The position numbers and the translations under genes are program-made. The notes beneath the pieces were generated by a model. That model was not told where the DNA came from. It made no database searches and worked only from the letters and a program-made list of their open reading frames with translations. DNA of 63,445 bases, the filler included, from Octopus bimaculoides (taxonomy: Eukaryota), in assembly GCF_001194135.2 (NCBI RefSeq). It is 7 parts of 6 records of this genome, joined end to end, with 100 filler letters (N's around TTAATTAATTAA, not from the genome) between each part and the next. Parts side by side here need not be neighbours in the genome. Positions count along the whole stretch, not along the records: positions 19,506 to 27,152 come from NW_026330555.1; positions 27,253 to 37,720 come from NC_068996.1; 5 more parts are not named here. One strand, written 5' to 3'. Numbering within the stretch: the stretch's first letter is position 1; the number at the start of each line of letters is the position of its first letter. Positions 25,075-37,415 of the stretch are shown piece after piece.

Positions 25075-25275
25075 TTAAATGATGGTACAACAGAGGAGAC
25101 CAGGCTGAGAATCTCGGACCTTGCTATCTTTTTCGATAAGCGGCGATGACTCTATGACGGTTTTCTTCGTCGGTTGCTCGGACACTGCTACGTTTTCACC
25201 GCTTGTGTCCTTTGCGACGTTGCCATTGTCGGCCATCTTGAGTTTTTCTTCCGATTGGGTGGCGTCTCCGTTCAC
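25075..25275 (-). CDS. Terminal exon or small ORF ending in CaaX (VNGDATQSEEKLK-MADNGNVAKD...ESSPLIEKDSKVRDSQPGLLCCTII*); ATG at 25236 gives 53 aa
   Basis: GC-richer non-repetitive island with an open frame to TAA. ATG in aagATGG context. First AG (acag, 25277-25276) follows a long AG-free stretch downstream of a pyrimidine tract. C-terminus CCTII. Confidence 0.6.
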   Translation of the reverse strand: MNGDATQSEEKLKMADNGNVAKDTSGENVAVSEQPTKKTVIESSPLIEKDSKVRDSQPGLLCCTII

Positions 25276-25510
25276 CTGTTTTTTTTTCGGGTTGGTTGGT
25301 GTTGCGTTGCATATGTTGTGCGTTGTGTTGTGTTTTGGTTTGTTGATTATGTTGTGAAAGGGGGGAAAAATAAATGAAGAAAATGAAATGAGAAAATATG
25401 ACAATGTCAACAGCAACAACAGTAAGGATAAAAATAGAAGTATAATGCATGGACCTCAATAACAAGAACAATAGGAGGATTAAACACACACACACACACG
25501 TATGTATGTC

Positions 25511-25556
<46 letters not shown>

Positions 25557-25562
25557 TATATG

Positions 25563-25593
<31 letters not shown>

Positions 25594-25647
25594 TGTATAT
25601 ACATATTAATTAAATTAATACTCAATTTTTCACCCTTATTATTTAAA

Positions 25648-25751
<104 letters not shown>

Positions 25752-26206
25752 TATATATATATGTGTATATATATGTGTATATATATATGTGTATATATAT
25801 ATGTGTATATATATATATGTGTATANNNNNNNNNNNNNNNNNNNNNNNNNNNNNNNNNNNNNNNNNNNNNNNNNNNNNNNNNNNNNNNNNNNNNNNNNNN
25901 NNNNNNNNNNNNNNNNNNNNNNNNNNNNNNNNNNNNNNNNNNNNNNNNNNNNNNNNNNNNNNNNNNNNNNNNNNNNNNNNNNNNNNNNNNNNNNNNNNNN
26001 NNNNNNNNNNNNNNNNNNNNNNNNNNNNNNNNNNNNNNNNNNNNNNNNNNNNNNNNNNNNNNNNNNNNNNNNNNNNNNNNNNNNNNNNNNNNNNNNNNNN
26101 NNNNNNNNNNNNNNNNNNNNNNNNNNNNNNNNNNNNNNNNNNNNNNNNNNNNNNNNNNNNNNNNNNNNNNNNNNNNNNNNNNNNNNNNNNNNNNNNNNNN
26201 NNNNNN

Positions 26207-26247
<41 letters not shown>

Positions 26248-27252
26248 ATACAACAACAGCTACAATAGCAACAACAGCAGCAGCAACAATAACAGCTTGA
26301 ACAATGGCAACAACAATAACAACACCGATGGCAGCAGCACCGCCACCATCAAAAACTACAACAACAACAACAACAGAAATAACTATACTCACAGCATTAT
26401 CATCCTCATCATTATCATCAGCAAGAAAAATAACAATAGAAAACTCTTATTTAATAAAAATTCAAAAAATAGAGAGGAGAAATATAGGTTCATGCCCACA
26501 CGACAACTGCAACCATCATGCTATGTTGTATAGTTGCGCATAGGTAATGACTTCGTCTAGTTTAAGTCAGTAACAAAAAAGGAATAAAAAAACAAACAAC
26601 AAAACAAAGCAAAACAAGCTGGTTGGTTAAGGGGTTTGTTACACAGCCACGGGGTTCAGGGTTCGACGGTGACTGAAAGCCCGTCGTATATGAGTGTGTG
26701 TGTGTGTGTGAATTTGTGTGAGTCTTTGTGTGTATGTTTGTCCCCCACCACCGCTTATCAACCGGTGTTGGTGTGTTTTCGTCCCCGTGAATTAGCGGTT
26801 CGGCAAAGGAGAATTAGTACTAGGCTTCGAAAAGTAATCAGTCCTAGGGTCGATTTGTTCGACTAAAACCCTTCAAGGCAGCACCCCAGCATGGCCGCAG
26901 TCAAACGACTGAAACAAGTAAAAGATAAAGAATAAAAGCTGAATTATATGTATGTGTGTGTGTATGTATGTGTGTATGTATGTATGTCATTGTTCAGTTT
27001 TATTTCAAGATTTCTTGCCAATAGAGAAAGAGCCGGTTTCTAACCTAGATCCAAGGCTCCTTCATTGGAATTTCAACATCAACAACAGGGTATATGTGCG
27101 TGTGTATATATGTATGCATGTATGTATGTATGTGTGCATGTGTGTGTATGTANNNNNNNNNNNNNNNNNNNNNNNNNNNNNNNNNNNNNNNNNNNNTTAA
27201 TTAATTAANNNNNNNNNNNNNNNNNNNNNNNNNNNNNNNNNNNNNNNNNNNN

Positions 27253-27307
<55 letters not shown>

Positions 27308-27699
27308 TGGAGATGCAAGCACTCATGTTTATGCATGTGTACACATACACACCCATATACTCACACTTCAGGATGTGAATTACATTGAGAATACAGATTG
27401 ATACCAATTCAGCACGCAAACACTGATGCTACACATATACCACACAGTAATTCAATGGAAATGATTTTACAATTTCGTATATATACATAAATATCACACT
27501 ACTCATCTAGACTCTTTGATTATTTGACATGGTTTTTATTGTATATACTGGCAGAAATATTGCCCTATTGGTGGTTTTCTGCTGGGATAATGTAATGCAT
27601 GCTTGTAGGAAACTGCTATGAAGTGCCTTTCTACAAATATACATACATGCATACATACATACATATATACATATATACATACATACATACATACATACA

Positions 27700-28130
27700 T
27701 ACATACATGATGGCCGTCCACTCGTGACCGAGGAAGACCATTGCCGACCTTCAGGAACATTGTGCGCTCTAGGACTAACTTATATTTTGCATTTGCAGCT
27801 CCGTTGGTGGCTAATGAGCCCTGCTCTTGACAAGCATACACGGCTGCAAACATTGCAGATTAAGCTTTCCCCATTCACTATACAAGCCGTGCACTTTCGC
27901 GCAGCTCGCTTAAATTCTTCATGCTGGATACGTGCTCTCTCAAAAGTGTCGATCCCCTCCTTAACCTGCTTCCTCCATCCGTGGCGATGACAGGCATTGT
28001 TCTCCCAGTCAGTATCCTGCATATCACAGGCCTTTAATGAGGACTTGACACAGTCCTTAAATTGCAGCCTTGGTTTCTGCTGGAGTCTCCTTCCATTCAC
28101 AAATTCTCCATAAAGCATCTGCTTAGGAAT
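27700..28130 (-). mobile_element. RTE/BovB-like LINE C-terminus with C2H2 finger
   Basis: IPKQMLYGEFVNGRR...PRLQFKDCVKSSLK...W...A..R..WR...C.VCSRVCLSRAGLISHQRSC, followed by (TGTA)n tail. Confidence 0.8.
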
Positions 28131-28538
28131 CATACATACATACATACATACATATACATGAAGAGCACCTATCGAGTGTTGGGCCTCATGGAGGAAATGA
28201 TGAATGATTGAGACCTTTGACCTTATGTTGTACTTGAGAAGATGACCCATCAAGCCAAGTAAAACCACAGTCGTGGCAGATACCAGTGTCATGCAAATGA
28301 TACCCATGCCAGTGGCAAGTAAAAGCACCCATTACACTCTTAGAGTGATTGGTTTTAGGAAGGGTACCCAGCTGTAGAAATCATACCAAATCAGACTGGA
28401 GTCTGGTGCAGCCTCCCACCTTGCTAGTTCTGGTCAAACCATCCAACCCATGCCAACATGGACAATGTATGTTAAATGGTGATGATGATGATGATGATAA
28501 TATATATAATACACATATAATATATATATATATATATA

Positions 28539-29353
28539 TTGGGTTGGCAATTAAGTTCCCACTGTTTTTTTAAATTTTGAAATTTATTGCATTTTTAAAT
28601 TTTGGAACAACAACAACAAAAATCAACGAGCCACAATCTCTGCTGGTTTGCTTGCTCATCACAGCTCAACTCATGGACACAAGCAACGATTTCTTTACAG
28701 CGTCATTACTGGCGACGGAAAATAGTGCCTGTACATCAATATGAAGCAGCGTAAGAAATAGCTTAGCCCCGGTAAACAAGCGACACTACGTGTGAGACAA
28801 GATCTTCATCCGCGTAAAACGATGTTGTGCGTATAGTGGGACTGCGAAGAGATTATCCATTATGAATTGCTTGAACGGAACCAAATGGTCAGTGCGGAAC
28901 TGACAGATGGAACGGCTCAACACGGCTATTCAAGAGAAAAGACCTAATCGTCAGCATGGAGTTCTTCTGCTGCACGACAACGCCCGCCTTCATATCGCCA
29001 ATATGACCAAGGAAGCCATTCAAACGCATGGCTGGGAAGTGCTGCCACACTCACTGCACTCTCCTGATTTAGCACCAATGGATTTCCTCCTCTTTCGATC
29101 TCTTTCAAATGCTATGCGCAGAGTGTTGTTCAATACTGATGCAGAATTGAGGGCTTGGTTGGATCAATTTTTCTAGTCGAAATCGAATTATTTCTACCAG
29201 CGAGGTATTGAAAATCTTGTTGAACATTGGGAAGAAGTTGTAAACAACAAGGGTGAATACATTATTGATTAATTAGTTGTTATCATATTTTTAATCTTTT
29301 TAAAAAATTTAAATAAAAAAAAAAAAACGGTGGGAACTTAGTTGCCAACCTAA
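28539..29353 (+). mobile_element. Internally deleted mariner transposon
   Basis: TIRs ttgggttggcaattaagttcccac / gtgggaacttagttgccaacctaa with TA flanks. ORF fragment LLHDNAR.H...WEVLPH..HSPDLAP.DF.LF is the mariner YSPDLAPSD motif. Confidence 0.92.
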
Positions 29354-29357
29354 TATA

Positions 29358-29407
<50 letters not shown>

Positions 29408-30162
29408 TATATATATATATATATATAAATGCAAATAATTAGAAAATGGAGAAAACCACAAATTAACCAATACATTTGTTGGACCACATTTATAGTTTAT
29501 TTTTCAATACAAAGCATGACATTACAAAATAGGTGACGTAATATATCTTACAGCTGTTACTGATCGGTTCATCTTCATAGGGTATTCAGATTAAGGCAAT
29601 GGATCTTTATCAGAGTGAAAAACAAGAGCATATAATATAAACTTCCTTTTGTTTATATTATATGCTCTTGTTTTTAACTCTGATGAAGATCCATTGCCTT
29701 ATGAAGATGAAGGATTTTTATTCCTGTATTTATTTATAGACTGCATTTTGGCAATCTGATCAGTAACAGCAATAAGATATGTTATGTCACCTATTTTGTT
29801 GTGTCATGCTTTATATTAATAATCAAGCTATAAATGTGGTCCAATCGATGTATTGGTTAATCTGTGGTTTTCTCCATTTTCTAATTATTTGCCTTGGTTC
29901 CTGATAAACTTGTTTATCCTCTTGTCACCTGCACTCTATGTGTATAGTGTGCCTGCACAACAATGCCCAGGGATAGTACAGGTAATAGATACCGCTAGTA
30001 TATACAGATATTTTAACCTTTAGTCAGTTACTGTAACCACTAACTCTGTGTGTGTGTGTGTGTGCGTGCACGCATGTGTGTGTGTGTATATATACATATA
30101 TACACATATATATATACATATATATATATATATGTATATACATATATATAAACATATATATG

Positions 30163-30238
<76 letters not shown>

Positions 30239-31199
30239 GTGTGAGTGTATATATATATATATATATATACACACACAGTGTGAGTGAGGATGCATAGCCT
30301 AATGGTTAGGGTGTTGCACTCATGATCACTAGATTGTGATTTCAATTCCTAGATCTCACATTGCTCTGTGATCACTTCGATACCTGAAGTTTGCACACTG
30401 TGCACCTGTTCAGACTGTTGATTTGATGGAGAGTGTGAGTTAATGTGTGGCACGAACATTTGATTACTATAAACAAACCATTTGTGTTGGTCGCTGGGCA
30501 AAAGCTGAATACCTATTTTCCATACTGGCATGTGCTGGACGGTTTGACAGGAGCTGACCAGCTGAAGAGCTGTTCAGGCTCCATGTCTGTTGTGACATGG
30601 CTTCTAAACTTGGATGCCCTTCCTAATGCCAACCACTTTACAGAGTGTACTAAGGTGCTTTTATGCAGCACCAGCATGAGTGTTTTTTACATGCTACCAG
30701 CAATTATAGGGATGGTCAGCCGGAGAGGGTTTGCAAGGGCAACCATGCTTTTAATTCAGCTTGGCACATATCTTTTCAAGCACAGTAAATCTCCAGGAGT
30801 TTTGGTCCCCTATCATTGCCTCTGAGTACCAACATCTGTAGATCCTTTCTCACCACTTTGTCATATATATATGCATTCAATGTATGGGCCAGTCACGCAG
30901 ACGACAAAGTTACGTTGTCATAATGTTGGACATATATATAATGGCCAAATTGACAACAGCCATTACGATGCTTCCTCTACCATAAACATTCATGAGCATA
31001 TGAGAAATGTGGAGGGAGAATAAACACAAGATAGTAAGGAAGAATGAGAATTTAACAAATAACAGTACTTACTAATAAGAAAATGTGAGAAGAAAGTGAA
31101 AAAGGAAAATAAGGTTGTAAAAACAAGGAAATGAGAGGAATTTTGTTAGACAATCTGCAGAGAAAGTATGAACACATGCAATGACAGGGTTTGGAATTC

Positions 31200-32515
31200 A
31201 ATTATGATCCTAACTAACCATGATTAAGCATCTGAAAAAATGTGTCCTTTGGCTCTCTGCACAAAGCATGTAACAAATGTGGCACTAGAAACTGAAATAA
31301 AGGATCATTATGCATATGTTGTTCAAATGGTAGAGTTGATTGAGAGAACTTATAAGTTGCCAGAACTTATAAGAGGTCTTCTTTTGTGTATCACTTCAGA
31401 ATCAAAAACACTTTTGTTTAAAATATTTAAGCATACAATAGTAATTTTCAAACAACGTCATTTGGGGGAAAAAATTACTAGAGAAAGTGAGTTTATGGAG
31501 ATTAAAAGTGTAAGGACAAATTTATCAAATAATTGTTTCTTTTAAGCTTTTACCAAAGAAAGATCCATAATTTTTACAAATATATTTCAATGGTTAACAT
31601 TCTAAAAGAAATGGTGTCATAACAAGAACTGTCTAAGCAAAAATTTAGAACTTCTTTCAAAGCTTGCAAGAAAAGCTTCATCAAAAAAATTTCTTATGTC
31701 AGAAGCTTTTGGTATGCTGTAGAATACTTCAACTTTGGATTTTCAAATTCCCTTTGATGCTGACAAAATACAAGCATGAGAACATGTCCATTCATTTAAT
31801 GTTCCTGAGTGTAATAAAATGGCAATTACAACATGGCAAATGAGGTGATATTTTGAAGTGACAGTAGTATCAAGTTTGTAAATGAAACTCATTGTTTATA
31901 AGATGTTTTAGAATATCCCTTGCTTTTTGTTAATGGAGAAGATGCCTACTATTTTGGTATACACGGTGGTGGAATTACTTTAAAAAAAAACTGTACTTTC
32001 TACGGATCATTATGTTCCTCAATTGATAATTCAAACCAATTTGCTTAATCATCTTCATTAATTCCAAGATCTTTTTCAGCAGTATGTTGTTGATAATATA
32101 TGCCAAAATAGAGTTGGAGAAGTTGTGCTACATTAAAATGCATCAAAAAGAATTACATACAGAATCATACATGCATTTATGAGATGGCATTAATAATGGT
32201 ATTGCTAGGACAGAGCTTGGACAACTTTATATTTTTCCCACCCAGTTATAATGGAAGCCCAACGTATATGCATGAGAGGACACAGAATGTCATGATTTAC
32301 TAAATAAAGACATCCTGATTTTTTCATCGCTTTTACTTGCAATGCTGAATGGAATGAAAGCCAAGCAAAGCTTTTTCCAGGATAGTTATACACTGACAGA
32401 CATGACTGTTAGTTTTCATCTCAAGGTTTCCAAATTGATGGACCTTATAACTAAGTTTCACTTATATTAACTAGTATTTGCTAAATGTATACAATTGAAT
32501 TGCAAAAAAAGAGGT
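31200..32515 (+). mobile_element. Helitron Rep N-terminal fragment (decayed)
   Basis: Frameshifted motifs AYNSNFQTTSFG, LFQQYVVD, PSYNGSPTYMHER, PDFFIAFTCN.EW, YTIELQKKR. Confidence 0.75.
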
Positions 32516-32528
32516 ATGTGTATATATA

Positions 32529-33422
32529 AGAGAGGGTACCCAAAAGAAACCAGAATTTTGCAATATTATTTTCTTCATTTAGTTTTACATGTTTATACTT
32601 TTACTGCCTTCAAAGTATCCTCCATTTGAAGCAATGCATTGGTCCAGACGTGTTTTCCACTGTTAGAAGCAGTGCTGGAACTCTTGTGAAGTGATGTCTT
32701 TTAATGCCTCTGTCATTTTTTTCTTCACCTCTTCCACTTCTGCAAATTCTGTAGCATCAGCTTTCATCCCCAGTATTGACCTTCAAAAAAAGGTCCAAAT
32801 CAACTTCCAACTCTTCTTTCAGTTCACAACATGCATTCAGTCATGACTGCTTTTGATCTTCCATGAGCAAGCAAAACACAAAATTTTGCTGAAATTCTTT
32901 TCTTTCATGATTTCTTGCACAACATTCATTGGCAGGAACCCCACAACACACCAGTCATATCAACAAGTCTGTCAATTGTTCAGTGATGGTTCTCCAAGAT
33001 CAGTTCATGAATTTTCATATTTTCATTTGTTTGGGAGATTAATGGTTGTCCTGAACAAGGTTTTTCTTCAACAACAAGTGACTATTCCTAAAGTGTGGAC
33101 CACTCACAAACTTGTGTTTGCTCATGGCAGCATCCCAGTAAGCTGCTTGAAGCATGACAACTGTTTCAGCTGCTGTTTTTCCAAACAGAAAACAAAATTT
33201 CATGGATGTACACAGTTCTTTTGTTCTAGCCATTGCAAAAATTTCTGAATGGGGGAGAAGCAGGTAAAACAAAGATGCACAATATGGTAGTATGATTTCA
33301 CTTACTGCCATTGGTCAGCAGACTGATGCCTGTGGATTGCATCAAGTGTGTTCTAGTGGCTAAAGTCTGAAATACAACTGGCTTGTCCCACAGAGAACAT
33401 TTCCAGTTTGGGTACCTCCTTG
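32529..33422 (-). mobile_element. Second mariner-family transposon (decayed, deleted)
   Basis: N-terminal KFCFLFGKTAAETVVMLQAAY.D.AMSK. Imperfect TIRs gagggtacccaaa / tttgggtacctcc. Confidence 0.75.
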
Positions 33423-33849
33423 TTTTATATATATCACCTGACTGGCGTCCGTAGGATTTTTGAGCGAGATCGTTGCCAGTGCCCCTGGACTGGCTCTTGT
33501 GCGGGTGGCACATAAAATACACCATTTTGAGTGTGGCCATTGCCAGTACCGCCTGACTGTCCTTTGTGCGGGTGACACGTAAAAGCACCCANNNNNNNNN
33601 NNNNNNNNNNNNNNNNNNNNNNNNNNNNNNNNNNNNNNNNNNNNNNNNNNNNNNNNNNNNNNNNNNNNNNNNNNNNNNNNNNNNNNNNNNNNNNNNNNNN
33701 NNNNNNNNNNNNNNNNNNNNNNNNNNNNNNNNNNNNNNNNNNNNNNNNNNNNNNNNNNNNNNNNNNNNNNNNNNNNNNNNNNNNNNNNNGTATGTAAGCA
33801 TGTGTGTATGTATTTATGTATGTATTCATTATTGTTGTCTCAGGCATAA

Positions 33850-35230
33850 CTGCAGCAATAAATGAAGCCAAACATTCTGCAGGAGGCCCTGATAGATTTC
33901 CTGCTAGTACTCTGAAGGAATGCTGATACCAACTTGCTTCCCTTCAAGCAAATCTTTAGACTCAGGTTATATATCCAAACATTTCTTATCTCAATTTGGC
34001 TACACTCTCGGAGTGGTTGGCATTAGGAAGGGCATCCAGCTGTAGAAACTCTGCCAAATCAGATTGGAGCCTGGTGTCGCCTCCTGGTCCACCAGTCCTC
34101 AATCAAATCGTCCAATCCATGCTAGCATGGAAAGCGGACGTTAAACAACGACGACGACGATGATGATGATGTTATCCTTGTCTTCTAAAAGGGAAACAGA
34201 TTTCTTGCAGTTAACTACCACTTAATTTTATACACCTCCTCTATCATCAAAGTATTTGAAAGGGTAGTGTGATTAAGAATAACTAACTTCCTGGAGAGTA
34301 ATAATGTTCTAAATTTCAAGCAGAATAACTTTCATTGTGGTAGAGCCTCCCTAACACAGCTTTTAAATAATTTTTGATGATATTCAAAAAGTTTTGGGAG
34401 AGGCTCAAACACTGATGTTATGTTGACTTCAGCAAAGCATTTGACTGAGTTAACCACAATATTTGGTTAAAATTGTCCACTATTGAAATTCACGGTAAGC
34501 TACAGTACTGGGTCATGTATTTCTTGGTGAATTGAACCCAACAAGTTGTGATTAATGGAATCCACTCACACTCAATAAAAGTCACCAGAGGTGTTTCTCA
34601 AGAGACTGTATTGGGCCCACAGCTCTTCATAGTCAATATAAATGGTATCTCAAATGTAATCAAGTATAGCAAGAAAAAAAAAATCATAGATGACTCCAAG
34701 CTCTAAAAACTTATCAAAGGAGAAGACCAAACAAAGCTCCAGTCTGATCTGCATGCTGTAAATCAATGAACAAACAGAAACATGCTGTAAATCAATGAAC
34801 AAACAGAAACATGCTGTAAAATGAGGGGAAATTTGAACTCCTGCATTTGGGAAACAACAATGCCCTCAAACAACCATACCCTCTTCCTTCGGAAAAACCA
34901 CTCATGGCATCCAATAATATCAGAGACCTTGGAGAATTTGTTGATAACAATTTCTTTTGGAACACTTACATCAGCAATAAAGTTGATATGGCTCACAAGA
35001 TCCTCAGAGCTTTCCTGGATCCTCAGAATTTTCAGTCCAGGGAGCCAGATGTCACTATTCCCTTTCTTCTCCTCTTTTGTACAGCGATACCTAGAATACT
35101 ACTGTCCCTGTGGTCTCCCCTTATCAAACAGAACATTACAAGAACTGGGACATCTGGGAGAGCAATTACATAAAATTATAAAAGCATGACTTATCTTGAT
35201 TATTGGGACTGCTTTAAAACTGAAATTTAT
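33850..35230 (+). mobile_element. CR1/L2-type LINE RT region (decayed), interrupted by an RTE-tail repeat at about 33990-34170
   Basis: SAGGPDRFPA..LKEC, KVFERVV, DFSKAFD.VNH and VLGPQLFI motifs. Confidence 0.75.
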
Positions 35231-36269
35231 ATGTGTAAGTATGTATTATATAATATATGTAATTGTAGAAGGAACTTGTGGAAGAGGTAGACTCAGGAAA
35301 ACAGGACAAAGTGGTGAGATAGGATCTACAGACGTTGGGATTCTCAAAGGAGATGACAGGGGATTGAGACTCTTGGGAGTTTGCTGTACTTGAAAAGACA
35401 CGTCAATCTAAGCAAAAGCATGGTTGCCCTTGCATACAAGCTCGTCTCCTGCAACCCTCTCCAGTTGAGCATCCCTAATCTTGTGGGCTCATAGGGGCTG
35501 GTGCAATGTAAAAAGTACTCATACCAGTGTTTTGTAAATGCATTTGTGCCAGTGCTGTGTCAAAGCACCCAATGCACTTTGTAAAGTGGCTGGCATTAGG
35601 AAGGGCATCCAGGTGTGGAAACCATGCCAAAACAGACATGGAGCCTGTGTAGCTCTCCAGCTGGCCAGCTCCTGTCAAACTATCCAATCCATGTCAGCAT
35701 GGAAAATGGACATTAAATGATGATGACGATGATAATGTATGTATGTATGTATGTATGTATGTATGTATGTATGTATGTATGTATGTATGTATGTATGTGT
35801 AAGGATCAAAGTTCTTTTCCAAGCCATGGGCTCATGAGGTCAGTTTCCATGATTCTGTGACATATATATTCCCTCCCTGGACAGGATGCTGATCTCTTGC
35901 AGGATTATTCACTTTTGCCAGCTGAATGGGTTAGAGAAACACGAAATGAAGTGTTTTTGTCAAAAACATAAAGCATCACTTTGTCCAGGAATCAAAAGGA
36001 ACCATTAAGTTACAGGGATGTAAACAACCCAACACTGATTGTCAAGTGGTGGTCACATACATGCACACACACACATGAACACACACACACACATGATGGT
36101 CATCATTTAGTTTTCCATCGACTAAATTCACTCACAAGGAGTTGGCTAGCCCAGGGCTATATTAAAAGACATTTGCCCAAGGTGCTATGAAGTGGGACTG
36201 AACTTCACTCATGTGGTTGGGAAGCAAAATTCTTATCACACAGCCTTGCCTGTACCTCTATAGTTACAG

Positions 36270-37415
36270 ACACATTCCATGTGAAAATAAAAGTATTTTA
36301 AAAACTCAAAAAATATCAACTAGATTATGACTGTGAGATAACAGTTTATTTAAAGCAGGGATTTTCAAACTTTTTGACTTGCGGACCCCTTTATATTTCA
36401 GGCTTTACCTTAGGGACCCCCTTATAAACGCTTATGAAATTTATACATAAATATTTGCTTAAAATAACATATATTTTTACATTTATTTATTTAACAGTAT
36501 TTAACAGATAGGTTTATTGTCAATTAAAAGATTTCGATTAAAAAGCATATATAAAATCAAATTGCCCACAAAAAATATTTGCTGTACACAAACCCCCTAT
36601 CTTGTCCTTGCGGACCCCCTGTGGTCCGTGGACCACAGTTTGAAAACCCCTGATTTAAAGTAGCAGCACTCAGCTTCCATCATGGCCTCATGATGGCTCC
36701 AGAACCTGGCAGACGTGTTCCTCACTGTGTCCCTCACAAGATCGTCAAATACTTCTTTGACCATGGGTCCCAGCTTGACCCTGGTATTGCAGGCAGAGTG
36801 ATTGGTGCCTTTCTGAACTGAATCTCACACATAATAATTCTTGGGATAACAATTGGAGGAATTAGAAGGCTAGAACCTGGAGCTGGTAAAGTCATAGAAA
36901 TTTTCTAACAACCTCCTCTGACACTTGCTGGAGGTTTGGCAAAGAATTGAATTCTGTTGCCACAAATATGGCCTTCTTGCAGCTTGCAGCAACCCTCACT
37001 ATCCAGAGACTGACCACAATCTCCAGCAGCTTCACATAGCTGTCTGAACTGTGCCCAAGGCTCTGTTCAAAGATATGGGGACAAATTCTGATGTGTGGAC
37101 ACAGTCATAATACTTGCTGTGTCCTTTCCTGCTGGCCATGGCTAGGTAGTCTCTGTCCCTGCTGTTCATGTCATATCTTACAACCTTTGCAATGTTCATA
37201 GAGCATTGAGCACTAGTCATGATGTTGGCATTTTGAAACTCAGTGCAAATCACCATGATACCTGTGACTTTTTTTACCAATATGTCAGCCTACTTTTTCT
37301 CGACAACAATTTTAATCTTTATGCTCTACAATGCCATTGATTGTTCACCGATATATCAAGCCGTTCCTGAAAAAAGGAGACATAAATAATTGTCAAATTT
37401 AACCTCAACACCCTG
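36270..37415 (-). mobile_element. Tc1/mariner-superfamily (maT/DD37D-like) transposon remnant
   Basis: Terminal cagggtgttgagg at 37415. Frameshifted catalytic region GRPYLWQQ.S...TS...ENFYDF...P.NS..C.P..YYV...KEVFDDL.RDTVRN..ARF. Confidence 0.7.
36356..36652. mobile_element. hAT-type MITE, 297 bp
   Basis: TIRs cagggattttcaaact / agtttgaaaacccctg. Perfect 8-bp TSD atttaaag at 36348-36355 and 36653-36660. Confidence 0.92.
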
